A stretch of DNA of 64,000 nucleotides from Patescibacteria group bacterium (GTDB taxonomy: Bacteria > Patescibacteriota > Patescibacteriia > Magasanikbacterales > GWA2-37-8). The notes beneath the pieces were generated by a model. The model searched no databases. It was not told the DNA's origin and was given only the letters and a program-made list of their open reading frames with translations. Below, in pieces: positions 48,405-57,830 of this stretch (position 1 is the first letter of the stretch; each line of letters opens with the position of its first letter). The translations under genes were made by a program, and so were the position numbers. The DNA is taken from positions 640,907 to 704,906 of the forward strand of contig JBAZUP010000001.1 in NCBI GenBank assembly GCA_041661385.1, in the 5' to 3' direction.

Positions 48405-51400
48405 TGCGGCCCGGTGGAAAAGCCGCAATTTTTACTGGTGTTTTACTTTGCGCCATATTTTTGGTTACTGCTACTTATGCGCAGTCAGATACTTTAAATG
48501 TTGGTCTCACAATTCCAACCTTTAATCCGCCACCACCTCCGCCACCTCCGCCACCGCCTGTAGATAACCCTCCGGTAATTACCTCCGTTACCTCTACGGT
48601 TTCTCTAACGAGCGCTACAATTAGTTGGACAGCGACCGATGATAAGGGTCTTGGAAACTCAACCATTGTTTATGGTCAGACTACCGGCTATGGCTCAAGC
48701 GGCACGGTAACCGGTTCATATACCACATCTCTTGCTAGTCTTGTTTCTGGTACGACTTATTATTTTCAAATTAATGTTACGGATACGGGAGGAAATAACG
48801 TAGTTTACACTGGAACATTTAACACTCTCGCGGCGGATATTACCGCACCGAATATTTCTTCGATAGTTGTCACGACTTCATCTAATAGCGCCAATATTTC
48901 CTGGAATACCAATGAAGCGGCCGACGCTCAGCTACAATATGGAACCAGTGTTGCCTATGGTTTTTCAGTTTCCAATACCGCCTTTCTTTTAAATCATTCA
49001 GTCGTAATTAATTCGCTTGCTCCAGTAACCCAATATCACTATCGAATAATTGCTACAGATTCAGTCGGGAATGCTACTTCGACACCAGATCGTACTTTTA
49101 CAACCGCACCAGATGTGACTCCTCCGGTTGATGTAAGCAATCTAAATTTAAGTGCTACGACCAGCACTATTTCATTGACTTGGATAAACCCGAGTGACGC
49201 GGATTTTTTAAATGTTCGAGTCATACGAAAAGCCGGCAGCCAGCCAACAACACCCGCCGACGGCACCCTGCTTTATAATGGCGCAAATACTTTTTTGAAT
49301 GATTCAACCGCAGTCGCCAATGTTCAGTACTTTTATATGGTGTATTCGTATGACACCTCTGGCAATCGTAGTGGCGGCACATTTGTAAATGGAATACTCG
49401 CAACTCCGCCAAATGAAATATGTAATAATAATATTGATGATAATTTTAACGGTTTAATCGACTGCGCCGATTCCGTATGTACCAATTCGCCGGTTTGCGC
49501 TCCGCCTCAAAACGAAATATGCAATAACGGCATTGATGATAATCAAAATGGTTTTACAGATTGCGCTGATTCCGCTTGTTCAAATACGGCAAGCTGCGTA
49601 CCGACACTAATAGAAATTTGTGGAAACGGCATTGATGATAATAACAATAATCTTATTGACTGTGCTGATTCGGCTTGTGTAAATAATCAAGCTTGTAAAT
49701 CACCGGGCGGCGGCGGATCAATAACTCCACCGGAAATGTGCAGCAATGGTTTTGATGATGATAATAATGGAAAAGTTGATTGCGCGGATTCCGCTTGTAT
49801 TGGCTATCCGGGTTGTATATTTATTCCTGCGACCACCACCACGCCCGGCACCACCACAACTGTTCCAGTTGTTCCGGAAGGCAATGTTCCATCAAGTGCA
49901 AAACTATCTGCAAATGATTTCCAATTTTTTACCGGCAATCGGCGTATCGAAGCTAAACAGTACAATGGAACTATTACTAGTTTAGCAGGAACAAATTTCA
50001 CAATTGGCATCGCGGTTGAAAAATTATCATCTAAGCCGGAATCAATTCATATTACTTTTGATGAAACTAACCACGCTTTTGGTCTTGATTCATCGGAAAA
50101 AAATTATTATGCAGACTTTGCCTTCCCACAAATTGGCAGCCATGAGGCGATAATCGAAATTATATATAGCGAAGGGAAGCAAGATGTTATAAAGATAAAT
50201 CTTCAAAGCCTTCCGCTAGGTCAGGTTTTAGCTGGTAAAACACCGCTGGTTGATTCTACCGTAACATTATTTGATTTGACGTCGAACAAAGAATTTGAAG
50301 CCGGATCATATGGTCTTCATAACCCCACTCAAAGCTCAGTAAACGGTACCTTTGGTTGGGTGGTGCCAAATGGCAAATACTATATAACTGCGGTAAAAGA
50401 TGGCTATTATACTCGAAAAACACCAGTATTTACGGTTACAAACAACGTTGTAAATTCTCAAATCATTCTTATCCACTTTCCTCCTAAACTTGATCTAAAT
50501 CCGGCAAATATTGCGAAAATAGTTGAAATCGGGGCCCAAATCGGCATTCAAAAAATTACCGATACATTGGTTGGGGTTATGGATATTGCTGCCAATCCAC
50601 AGGTGCAAGAAACTATGACAACTGTGGTTGCTCCGTCGGTAGTAGGCGTGGTCGCGGTTGGAACTGTCGCTGTCGTGTCTTGGGCAAACATTATTCCCCT
50701 GCTTCAATTACTGTTCCTGCAACCTTTGGTATTTTTCGGCAATCGGCGCAAACGAGAGGCTTGGGGTCAGATTTACAATTCATTAAATAAACTGCCGGTT
50801 GATCTCGCCACTGTTCGCCTTATTAATAATGAAAGCGGAAGAGTAATTCAATCAAAAGTAACTGATAATCAAGGGCGCTATGCTTTTGTAATAAATCCTG
50901 GTACCTATCGGATTCAAGTATTAAAAAATAATTTTATCTTTCCGTCGGAATTATTAAAAGATGCGCAAAATGATGGAAAGAAAATTGATATTTATCATGG
51001 TGAAGCTATTTCGGTTTCAGAAAAAGAAGCAATCATCACCGCCAACATTCCTCTTGATCCGGTGGGTGAGCATATGACTCCGACCCGCATCCGTTTACAA
51101 AGGGCCGTTCATAACGGGCAAATGATTATTTGGTGGGTGGGTTTATTTATTAACGCAGCGGCAATTTATTTTTCGCCGCGCTGGTATTTATGGATACTGT
51201 TAGCTCTGCAGTTTGTTTTCTATGCACTACTAAGATATATGGCAGCACCGGCGAAAATTAAAAGCTGGGGAATTGTTTATGATATTACCAACAAGCAGCC
51301 GGTTGAAAGAGCGATTGCGCGCCTGTTTAGTTTGCAGTTTAATAAACTGGTCGCTTCACAAATTACCGATAGTAAGGGCAGGTACTATTTCTTGGCGGGT

Positions 51401-51577
51401 GATAACGAATATTTTATAACTTACGAACATCCGAGGTTTAATCCTCAAAAAACTGCCACCATCGATCTTAAGGGGCGGCCGACGGAGGCTATCAATGTGG
51501 ATATTGGTCTTCATCCACAGGTTGAGAAGGAAGTAGAGCACGATATTGAAGTTCAACCGCCACAATCGTTAAAATAG
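48404..51577 (+). CDS. large surface protein: poly-Pro, three FN3-like domains, five tandem Cys-rich Ca-binding-like repeats, prealbumin-like domains, two membrane segments
   Basis: ATG at 48404 overlaps upstream stop (ATGA). PPPPPPPPPPPPVDNPP, FN3-like SATISWTATDD.../ANISWNTNEAADAQLQYG.../ISLTWINPSDADF..., 5x C-N-N-x-I-D-D-N-x-N-G-x-x-D-C-A-D-S-x-C repeats. ORF-track start 48311 overlaps preceding gene. Confidence 0.7.
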   Translation: MRPGGKAAIFTGVLLCAIFLVTATYAQSDTLNVGLTIPTFNPPPPPPPPPPPVDNPPVITSVTSTVSLTSATISWTATDDKGLGNSTIVYGQTTGYGSSGTVTGSYTTSLASLVSGTTYYFQINVTDTGGNNVVYTGTFNTLAADITAPNISSIVVTTSSNSANISWNTNEAADAQLQYGTSVAYGFSVSNTAFLLNHSVVINSLAPVTQYHYRIIATDSVGNATSTPDRTFTTAPDVTPPVDVSNLNLSATTSTISLTWINPSDADFLNVRVIRKAGSQPTTPADGTLLYNGANTFLNDSTAVANVQYFYMVYSYDTSGNRSGGTFVNGILATPPNEICNNNIDDNFNGLIDCADSVCTNSPVCAPPQNEICNNGIDDNQNGFTDCADSACSNTASCVPTLIEICGNGIDDNNNNLIDCADSACVNNQACKSPGGGGSITPPEMCSNGFDDDNNGKVDCADSACIGYPGCIFIPATTTTPGTTTTVPVVPEGNVPSSAKLSANDFQFFTGNRRIEAKQYNGTITSLAGTNFTIGIAVEKLSSKPESIHITFDETNHAFGLDSSEKNYYADFAFPQIGSHEAIIEIIYSEGKQDVIKINLQSLPLGQVLAGKTPLVDSTVTLFDLTSNKEFEAGSYGLHNPTQSSVNGTFGWVVPNGKYYITAVKDGYYTRKTPVFTVTNNVVNSQIILIHFPPKLDLNPANIAKIVEIGAQIGIQKITDTLVGVMDIAANPQVQETMTTVVAPSVVGVVAVGTVAVVSWANIIPLLQLLFLQPLVFFGNRRKREAWGQIYNSLNKLPVDLATVRLINNESGRVIQSKVTDNQGRYAFVINPGTYRIQVLKNNFIFPSELLKDAQNDGKKIDIYHGEAISVSEKEAIITANIPLDPVGEHMTPTRIRLQRAVHNGQMIIWWVGLFINAAAIYFSPRWYLWILLALQFVFYALLRYMAAPAKIKSWGIVYDITNKQPVERAIARLFSLQFNKLVASQITDSKGRYYFLAGDNEYFITYEHPRFNPQKTATIDLKGRPTEAINVDIGLHPQVEKEVEHDIEVQPPQSLK

Positions 51578-51632
51578 CAAAAATTATCCTTCAAAAAAAT
51601 TCAATTTTGCTAATTTTAGCCAAATTTACCTA

Positions 51633-51661
51633 TTGACTTTTTGGCTAAAATATGCTATAAT
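51633..51661 (+). promoter_or_regulatory. sigma70-type promoter (TTGACT-17-TATAAT)
   Basis: ttgact 51633-51638, 17-nt spacer, tataat 51656-51661; falls inside the 5' end of ORF-track ORF 51641 (TTG start), so the real CDS must start downstream. Confidence 0.6.
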
Positions 51662-51784
51662 ATCACTGTTAAGCTTAACAATTTACATACCTCACAGCCC
51701 CTAGTTTTAACTAGGGAGGGTGGTGGGCGAAAAACGTCTAAAAAACACATTTTTGGAGTTATTCGCAAGTTTCTTCTTCACCAT

Positions 51785-52537
51785 ATGTCAATTGTCGTTA
51801 AGCATTGCGACGCATTACTTGCGAAGCATCATACTCGGGTTTCACCCATTGTTTTGTCGGTTGCTTCCTTGTTAGTTTTCGGCTTAATCAGTCCTACACT
51901 GTTATATGCCGCAGAAGTAACATCGAGCGCTTCAAATTTATCGCCCGCACCATTGGAATTTCGGCCGGAGCGACCAAGAATACTTTTTGGTTCTTCCACG
52001 CCAGCCTCAATGTTAGCTTCGTCCACCGTCCCATTTAGGGAAGGAGCGGAGCGAGAAAAAGGTTTTTCAAGTTCGTCTACAGCGCGAGTTATACAATTCA
52101 AAACCGCGCGTATTCAACTTATGAAAGAGGCGCTCGCCAAAATCGAGCAGCAAGCCAGGGATTTAAGAATCCAATTGGAAAATCTTCAATATGCGAGCAC
52201 ATCTTCAACCGAAGCGTTGAATGTGGGACAATTTAATCAAAAAATTAATGCTTTAATCCTAGTTTTTAGGAAAGTTAATTTCAACTATGAATTAACAAGA
52301 CTTAAGACTGATTTAAAGAGTGAGTTTAATAAACGCGATCTGCAACTAAAAAAAGAATTGCAGAAAGAACAAGCGGAAGCCGCTCGCGAACTATACAAAA
52401 AACAAACGGAGCTCAATAGGGAAACCTTAAAAAAAGAGCAAGAATTATTGAAGGAGCAGAGGGAACATAATTTACCCGGAGCAGCCAGTACTTCTCCGGA
52501 GCAAGCCTCAGCATCTTCGACCACTTCTAGTCCGTAA
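51785..52537 (+). CDS. hypothetical membrane-anchored coiled-coil protein
   Basis: start moved to ATG 51785 because promoter overlaps 51641; TM helix then coiled-coil/low-complexity (KELQKEQAEAARELYKKQTELNRETLKKEQELLKEQ). Confidence 0.45.
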   Translation: MSIVVKHCDALLAKHHTRVSPIVLSVASLLVFGLISPTLLYAAEVTSSASNLSPAPLEFRPERPRILFGSSTPASMLASSTVPFREGAEREKGFSSSSTARVIQFKTARIQLMKEALAKIEQQARDLRIQLENLQYASTSSTEALNVGQFNQKINALILVFRKVNFNYELTRLKTDLKSEFNKRDLQLKKELQKEQAEAARELYKKQTELNRETLKKEQELLKEQREHNLPGAASTSPEQASASSTTSSP

Positions 52538-52574
52538 GTAAAAAATTCTTTAACAATTAATTATGAAAAAATAA

Positions 52575-52640
52575 ACCGCCCCAGAAGGGCGGTTTTGTAT
52601 TTTAAAATAGAAAGTCCCGGACGCACATACTTGCGTCCGG
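52575..52640. terminator. paired hairpins between convergent genes
   Basis: ccgcccc-agaa-gggcgg then gtcccggacgca-catact-tgcgtccgggac (GC-rich 12-bp stem). Confidence 0.55.
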
Positions 52641-52818
52641 GACTTAGTTTCAAACCCCATTAGGGGCTACTCCTATTTTTTTTCGATAATCTTTTTTGCG
52701 ACCTGAATCGCCCTGTCCCGATATTTGGCCGGGATTTTTTGCAAGGCTGAAGCCAGTTCGCGTAGTCCAACCGACAGGGTGGTTGCTTCCGCGATAGGTT
52801 CTGCGCCCAATTTCAGCA

Positions 52819-53922
52819 TTACCATGGCAACCTGGAATATCTGATTTTCGTCGGCATGCGCCAGCGTGCCATGCAGAACGGGCGAAATAGTGACCGCCGT
52901 TCCCGATGTTTGGGTTGTGGGCGTGGTAGCGCCGTTCTTAAAGCGGTAAGACCGCTTAACACCGACCTGAATTTTTCCAGGTGGTGTCTGTCCACCAGTT
53001 GCCGCAGGCTTTGTCCGACGGACCGGAGTGATGCCGGGCCGGAATAAACCTCGTCGTCACACAGCAGTTTGAAAACTTCTCGGGTCGTGACGGATTTGGT
53101 TTTGCCGCCGAGTTTCTCGACACAATCCAGAATAATTTTATCAGGAATGACACTCATGGTTGTCTCCGGGTTGGTTTGTTGTTTGGATTCCTCAAGCTCA
53201 GCTTGAAAGAAAGACCCGCTTTCAACTTTTTTAGAACGAATGCCGAAATGCGTTTTTTTGCTTTGCTTATTTGCAAGGTTTGCTTGCCAGTTTTTTATAC
53301 CTTTACGCAGGGTATTTATTGCCTTTGCTTCTATTAGGCGGATTCCTTCGCGCGAAATTATATCTCCGCTGCGGCCAAGAATTGATTCGCCCACGGATTG
53401 AAGCGAAGGAATTTCTTCTCCGGAAAAATAACGAAGTTTTATTACTTCGCGCTGTTTTCCATGAAGTAAGGCAATAACCGCTTGTTGAAGAAGTTGAACA
53501 TCACCCTCGGTGTTTAATCCAAGTAAATTTTCCGGTCCGGAAAATTTATCTGGAATCTCGTCTTTTAGAGTGGTGTCAGAATCCTCATAGAGAGGCGCAT
53601 CAAGTGATATTTCCACCGGATGCTTTTTTAAATAACGCCTCATGAAAGCGAGAATCCACCATTGCGCGTAGGTTGCGAACCGGTTCTTATAAACCGGATC
53701 ATATTTTTCAACTGCTTGAATGAGTCCAAGGAAACCTTCTTGCGTTAGTTCTTCACCAAGATGCTTGTTTGCTCGGCTTAGTTTAAAAGCAAGACTCCGA
53801 ACAAATCCAGTACAGGACAAAATAAGTCTGTCCCGGGCTTTTAGGTCGCAGGAGGTTTTCCAGCGTCTTGAAAGCTCTCTTTCTTCACCCGGAAGCAATA
53901 CAGCTAAAGGAAGTTGGGGCAT
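52819..53922 (-). CDS. sigma-70 family RNA polymerase sigma factor (regions 2 and 4) with ~110-aa C-terminal extension that is GC-rich (possible fusion or separate gene from 53157)
   Basis: region 2 LGLIQAVEKYDPVYKNRFATYAQWWILAFMRRYL; region 4 REVIKLRYFSGEEIPSLQSVGESILGRSGDIISREGIRLIEAKAINTLRK; in-frame ATG at 53157 with GGAGA 5 nt upstream; GC content rises sharply downstream of ~53050. Confidence 0.6.
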   Translation of the reverse strand: MPQLPLAVLLPGEERELSRRWKTSCDLKARDRLILSCTGFVRSLAFKLSRANKHLGEELTQEGFLGLIQAVEKYDPVYKNRFATYAQWWILAFMRRYLKKHPVEISLDAPLYEDSDTTLKDEIPDKFSGPENLLGLNTEGDVQLLQQAVIALLHGKQREVIKLRYFSGEEIPSLQSVGESILGRSGDIISREGIRLIEAKAINTLRKGIKNWQANLANKQSKKTHFGIRSKKVESGSFFQAELEESKQQTNPETTMSVIPDKIILDCVEKLGGKTKSVTTREVFKLLCDDEVYSGPASLRSVGQSLRQLVDRHHLEKFRSVLSGLTALRTALPRPQPKHRERRSLFRPFCMARWRMPTKIRYSRLPW

Positions 53923-54010
53923 GGCATTCTCCCTGATTATGCGTTGGAAAAGAGCAAATTTGTGTAGTCACCCTATCATAAGGTGGTTTTAAGTCAACAA
54001 TCGCCCATAA

Positions 54011-54039
54011 TTGACAATTCAAGCGTTTATATATATAAT
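54011..54039 (+). promoter_or_regulatory. sigma70-type promoter (TTGACA-17-TATAAT) for tRNA-Ala
   Basis: ttgaca 54011-54016, 17-nt spacer, tataat 54034-54039, tRNA begins 54054. Confidence 0.65.
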
Positions 54040-54053
54040 GTGAACACAATTTT

Positions 54054-54127
<74 letters not shown>

Positions 54128-54354
54128 CAAATGAACAGAGATTTTAATCTCTGTTTTATTTTGTTTTTAATATTGACAAAAGCGTAATTTTGTGATATTA
54201 TGTTATGTTGCTTTTTACTCTATTTTTAGCAAAAAAAGCGATAAATGCTCATTAAAATGCAGTTTCAGCTGTGCAAATAGCCCATGTTTCGTGGTTTGTT
54301 TGCACGGGTGAACTGCAGTCAACTAGTTCGCGCTATAGGGGCGCAGGAGGAAAC

Positions 54355-54930
54355 ATGACCGTGTTTCGGATTCTTGGCAGGTGGCTGTTCGGCGTCATCA
54401 GTACTCTCGCATTCTTCGGCATCGTGTACGGTGTCGTTTGGTACTTCTTCGGAGTTACCGTAGTCACGTCGAAGTGCGAAAACCAGGACGTGATTTCGAA
54501 GGTGTACATCAACAACGAATACCGGGGCGAAACGCCCCTCAGTGTCCGTCTGGGTATGGGAAATCACATCGTGAAGATCGAGCCTCCCGAAGGTTATCGG
54601 GGTCAGCATCTTTACATGGAGTTCTGGAGTATGGGTCGCGGTATAAATTTCGCCGAGACTCTTACCAAGCTTGACTACCAGGTCACGCTTCACAGTCCTG
54701 CCAGTCAGCCTGGCAACTTCATGGTGATGGACGGAGCCGGAAAACCCATTGGAGCCTGTGGCGGCGTTGTATGTTCAATCCCTCTTCCGGGTCCAGGAAC
54801 CTACCGCGCCAAGCTGGAGCAAATTTGCTGGTCCAGTAACGGGACCCGATGGTGCACCGGCGGCGACGAAAAAGCGATGGACTTTGCTGTCCATCCTGAT
54901 CAGCCGACGGCTGAGATGACGTGGAACTAA
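54355..54930 (+). CDS. GC-rich PEGA-domain membrane protein (island C)
   Basis: AGGAGG 54345-54350 then ATG 54355; N-terminal TM; VYINNEYRGETPLSVRLGMGNHIVKIEPPEGY matches PEGA domain; strong GC3 bias; ORF-track start 54271 is upstream alternative. Confidence 0.6.
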   Translation: MTVFRILGRWLFGVISTLAFFGIVYGVVWYFFGVTVVTSKCENQDVISKVYINNEYRGETPLSVRLGMGNHIVKIEPPEGYRGQHLYMEFWSMGRGINFAETLTKLDYQVTLHSPASQPGNFMVMDGAGKPIGACGGVVCSIPLPGPGTYRAKLEQICWSSNGTRWCTGGDEKAMDFAVHPDQPTAEMTWN

Positions 54931-55180
54931 AGTAATAGCCGATTCCTGAACGGCTTTAAACATCTGTATCTGAAAACGCGTGAGCGTTGGCAGGTCGGTC
55001 AGGAAGACTCGTCTATGACGAGTCGCCGATTTCAATTGCGAATTTCGTAGTTGGTGAGGCGAGTTATATTCTAAAAACACTTCTACGAATAAAGTGTTTT
55101 TTTACTCAACCATTTAATAAAATTAATAAACAATCGGAATAGTTGATTAATTGGCGAAAGTTTAGTATAGTTGTGCAACT

Positions 55181-56251
55181 ATGTCATTCTCAATCGGAAT
55201 TGTCGGTCTTCCAAACGTGGGTAAATCCACTTTGTTTAACGCGCTCACTCGCAGTAAACAGGCTAATGCCGCCAACTATCCATTTTGTACGATTGACCCA
55301 AATGTTGGCGTGGTTGAGGTACCCGATGAGCGACTCGCCAAACTTTCAGAAGTTTCACATTCCAAAAAAATTATTCCGACCACAATTGAATTTGTTGATA
55401 TTGCCGGCTTGGTAAAAGGCGCTTCGGAAGGTGAGGGGCTCGGAAATAAATTTTTATCTCACATTCGCGAGGTAGATGCTATTGCGCAAGTGGTAAGGGC
55501 TTTTTCTGATGATAATGTTATTCACGTTCATAATCGGGTTGATCCAAAAGACGATGCCGCGATTATAAATACCGAGCTTGCTATTGCCGATTTACAAACG
55601 GTAGAAAAGCGCCTCGAGACAACCAAGCGAAATGCCAAAGGTGCTGGGGCTAAAGAGTTTGGTTGGCAAGTGGATGTTTTCCAAAAAGTTTACGATCAAT
55701 TACAAGATAGCAAACCGGCGAGAGATTTAGTTTTCAATGAAGAAGAATTACGAATCGTAAATGAATTACACCTTCTTACAATGAAGCCAATGTTGTATGT
55801 GGTAAATACCGACGAGGGAGCGAAACAGGTTGAACGGATTAGTGAAAGTGCGGAGCAAATTAATGTCAGCGCGAAACTTGAGGCCGAACTTGCCGAACTC
55901 TCCGAGTCTGAAGCCAGGCAGTATTTAAATGAGCTTGGAATAACAGAAACCGGTCTTGATAAGCTTGTTACTGCCGGTTATAAAATGTTAAACTTAATTA
56001 CTTTTTTGACTTCCGGCGAACCGGAAACTAGAGCTTGGACAGTAAAAGCCGGCGCCAAAGCCCCGGAAGCAGCAGGGGTAATTCATACCGATTTTATTAA
56101 GGGGTTTGTGAAGGCCGATGTTGTTGATTGGCGCGATTTTGTGGCTGCCGGAGGCTGGCACAAAATAAAAGAAACGGGTAAGGCCCGTCTCGAAGGTAAA
56201 GATTATATTGTAAAAGATGGTGATGTGGTTTATTTCCACGTGAGCGCCTAA
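55181..56251 (+). CDS. ychF: redox-regulated ribosome-binding ATPase YchF
   Basis: MSFSIGIVGLPNVGKSTLFNALT G1 motif, C-terminal TGS domain. Confidence 0.9.
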   Translation: MSFSIGIVGLPNVGKSTLFNALTRSKQANAANYPFCTIDPNVGVVEVPDERLAKLSEVSHSKKIIPTTIEFVDIAGLVKGASEGEGLGNKFLSHIREVDAIAQVVRAFSDDNVIHVHNRVDPKDDAAIINTELAIADLQTVEKRLETTKRNAKGAGAKEFGWQVDVFQKVYDQLQDSKPARDLVFNEEELRIVNELHLLTMKPMLYVVNTDEGAKQVERISESAEQINVSAKLEAELAELSESEARQYLNELGITETGLDKLVTAGYKMLNLITFLTSGEPETRAWTVKAGAKAPEAAGVIHTDFIKGFVKADVVDWRDFVAAGGWHKIKETGKARLEGKDYIVKDGDVVYFHVSA

Positions 56252-57454
56252 TTATTTTAGTTTGAATTTCCAGATCTCACGGCCGACTAGCTGGTCGCTA
56301 CGGCGATATAAAACGAAAGGTGAAAGTGAAACTTCTTTTGGAAGAAGCGGTTCAACCGTAAATCCAAATTTTTGAACAATTGGAATAAGTTTATCGGATA
56401 TAACAACCGGCTGAACTTTGGTAAAAAACTCCGGAATAACAAATACAACGCGTCCACCCGGGCGCAGTATTTTTTTAAATTGCTCAAAGGCCGCAGAGTA
56501 GAGCGAAAGCAATTCGCCGGCCTGAGTTTTAATTTCCATTTCCGATTCGTTTCCGCGAAGCGGTTTGCCCAGGTAAGGCTCAGTCACAATCGCATCAATT
56601 GAGTCAGGTTTGATTTTGCTGCTGATATTTTTTACATCTTGAAAATATATTTGTACGGTTGCCTTAGAAATTTCTGGATTCTTGTTGGTCAGCCACTCAA
56701 TATTAGTTTTGCTGTCTGTAATGGCTTTTTCCGATAAATCCGTGCCGATGATATTTGTATGTCCCTGAAGCAAAGCTTCGGAAATAATTGTGCCGGATCC
56801 GCAAAACGGATCTAATAAAACCTCGCTTGGCTTAATTTGAGCAAGATTAGACAGCATCAGGGCGAGCTTGGGTGGCAACATGCCGCTTTCACTATCTCTT
56901 CCAGGCCGGCCAAAATCACGGGCGCCAAAACTTTCAAACGGCTGAACAGCCGAAGTGATAGCAATACTGTATTTATCTTTGTATTGCAGGATCATGAATT
57001 CACGACCGCCCTCGGCCAGTTTATTTTTTTCAACCGTTACCGAAGAAAGAGTCGCTTCATTATTAAATACATACCGCACCGAATGTCCGCCGGCTTTTAA
57101 TTCCTTTTTTAAATTTTTACCCCATGTTTCAACTTGTTTAGGTGTCGTGTTTTTTCCATAAAGACTGATGCCAAAGGTAATTTTGCCGTCAATCACTTCG
57201 AGTTCATTCTTCATGGCATCAAAGAGCTCTTGGCCAGAAAGATTTTCACCAAGCTCTACGCCGGTTTTTATTGTTCCGCCAAGCCGGTTGATAAAATCTT
57301 TATTAATTTCGCCCTGATAAAATAAAAACGGCGGACTGAATTCAAATGAAGAGTCGCTATTAATTTTTAACAAAGAAAAAAGTTCCGCTGCGGATAACAG
57401 CGGCTCTCTTCCTAATAAAAACCAAATTTTATTGTTGGCTGGTTGTGGAGACAT
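56252..57454 (-). CDS. class I SAM-dependent RNA methyltransferase (Trm11/RlmL-like)
   Basis: GMLPPKLALMLSNLAQIKPSEVLLDPFCGSGTIISEALL = methyltransferase motif I/post-I of the Trm11/UPF0020 group; start taken at internal Met (MSPQPANN) rather than ORF-track 57616. Confidence 0.55.
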   Translation of the reverse strand: MSPQPANNKIWFLLGREPLLSAAELFSLLKINSDSSFEFSPPFLFYQGEINKDFINRLGGTIKTGVELGENLSGQELFDAMKNELEVIDGKITFGISLYGKNTTPKQVETWGKNLKKELKAGGHSVRYVFNNEATLSSVTVEKNKLAEGGREFMILQYKDKYSIAITSAVQPFESFGARDFGRPGRDSESGMLPPKLALMLSNLAQIKPSEVLLDPFCGSGTIISEALLQGHTNIIGTDLSEKAITDSKTNIEWLTNKNPEISKATVQIYFQDVKNISSKIKPDSIDAIVTEPYLGKPLRGNESEMEIKTQAGELLSLYSAAFEQFKKILRPGGRVVFVIPEFFTKVQPVVISDKLIPIVQKFGFTVEPLLPKEVSLSPFVLYRRSDQLVGREIWKFKLK

Positions 57455-57830
57455 ATCCGGAGACAGGTGAAGTGGTGGTAATTGGGGAAGCTGGAACGAC
57501 CGCAGGAGAAGAAGTGTTGAAGACAAAAATATTTCGCAAATTGCGGTCAATCTCGGAGCGAGTACTTTTAAGTTTGATTGCGTCAACCGCTCGTTTGTAC
57601 ATATCAAGATTAACATTATTTACAACCGTGTCTGTGTTTAAAAGCACAATCGTGTGAGCGTCTTCTAAAGTGCGGAAAGTATAATTATAAATTATAATCG
57701 AACTAAGCAAAAGACTGCCAATCATTAGGCCAAACATAAGATAGGTGATGATGCTCCACCACTGAAACTGATTCTTCATTGAAATTTTTACTTTTTGGCT
57801 AAGGAATGACATAGAGATTAAAATCAACAT
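57429..57830 (-). CDS. hypothetical membrane protein at distal end of pilus operon
   Basis: 133 aa, one TM helix; Pro/Thr/Ser-rich C-terminus. Confidence 0.4.
   Translation of the reverse strand: MLILISMSFLSQKVKISMKNQFQWWSIITYLMFGLMIGSLLLSSIIIYNYTFRTLEDAHTIVLLNTDTVVNNVNLDMYKRAVDAIKLKSTRSEIDRNLRNIFVFNTSSPAVVPASPITTTSPVSGYVSTTSQQ

Noticed and set aside
51641-51784. ORF-track start (TTG at 51641) for the 51641-52537 ORF
   Set aside because: A near-perfect TTGACT-17-TATAAT promoter occupies 51633-51661, so transcription begins downstream of that start. The CDS was moved to the first in-frame ATG at 51785.
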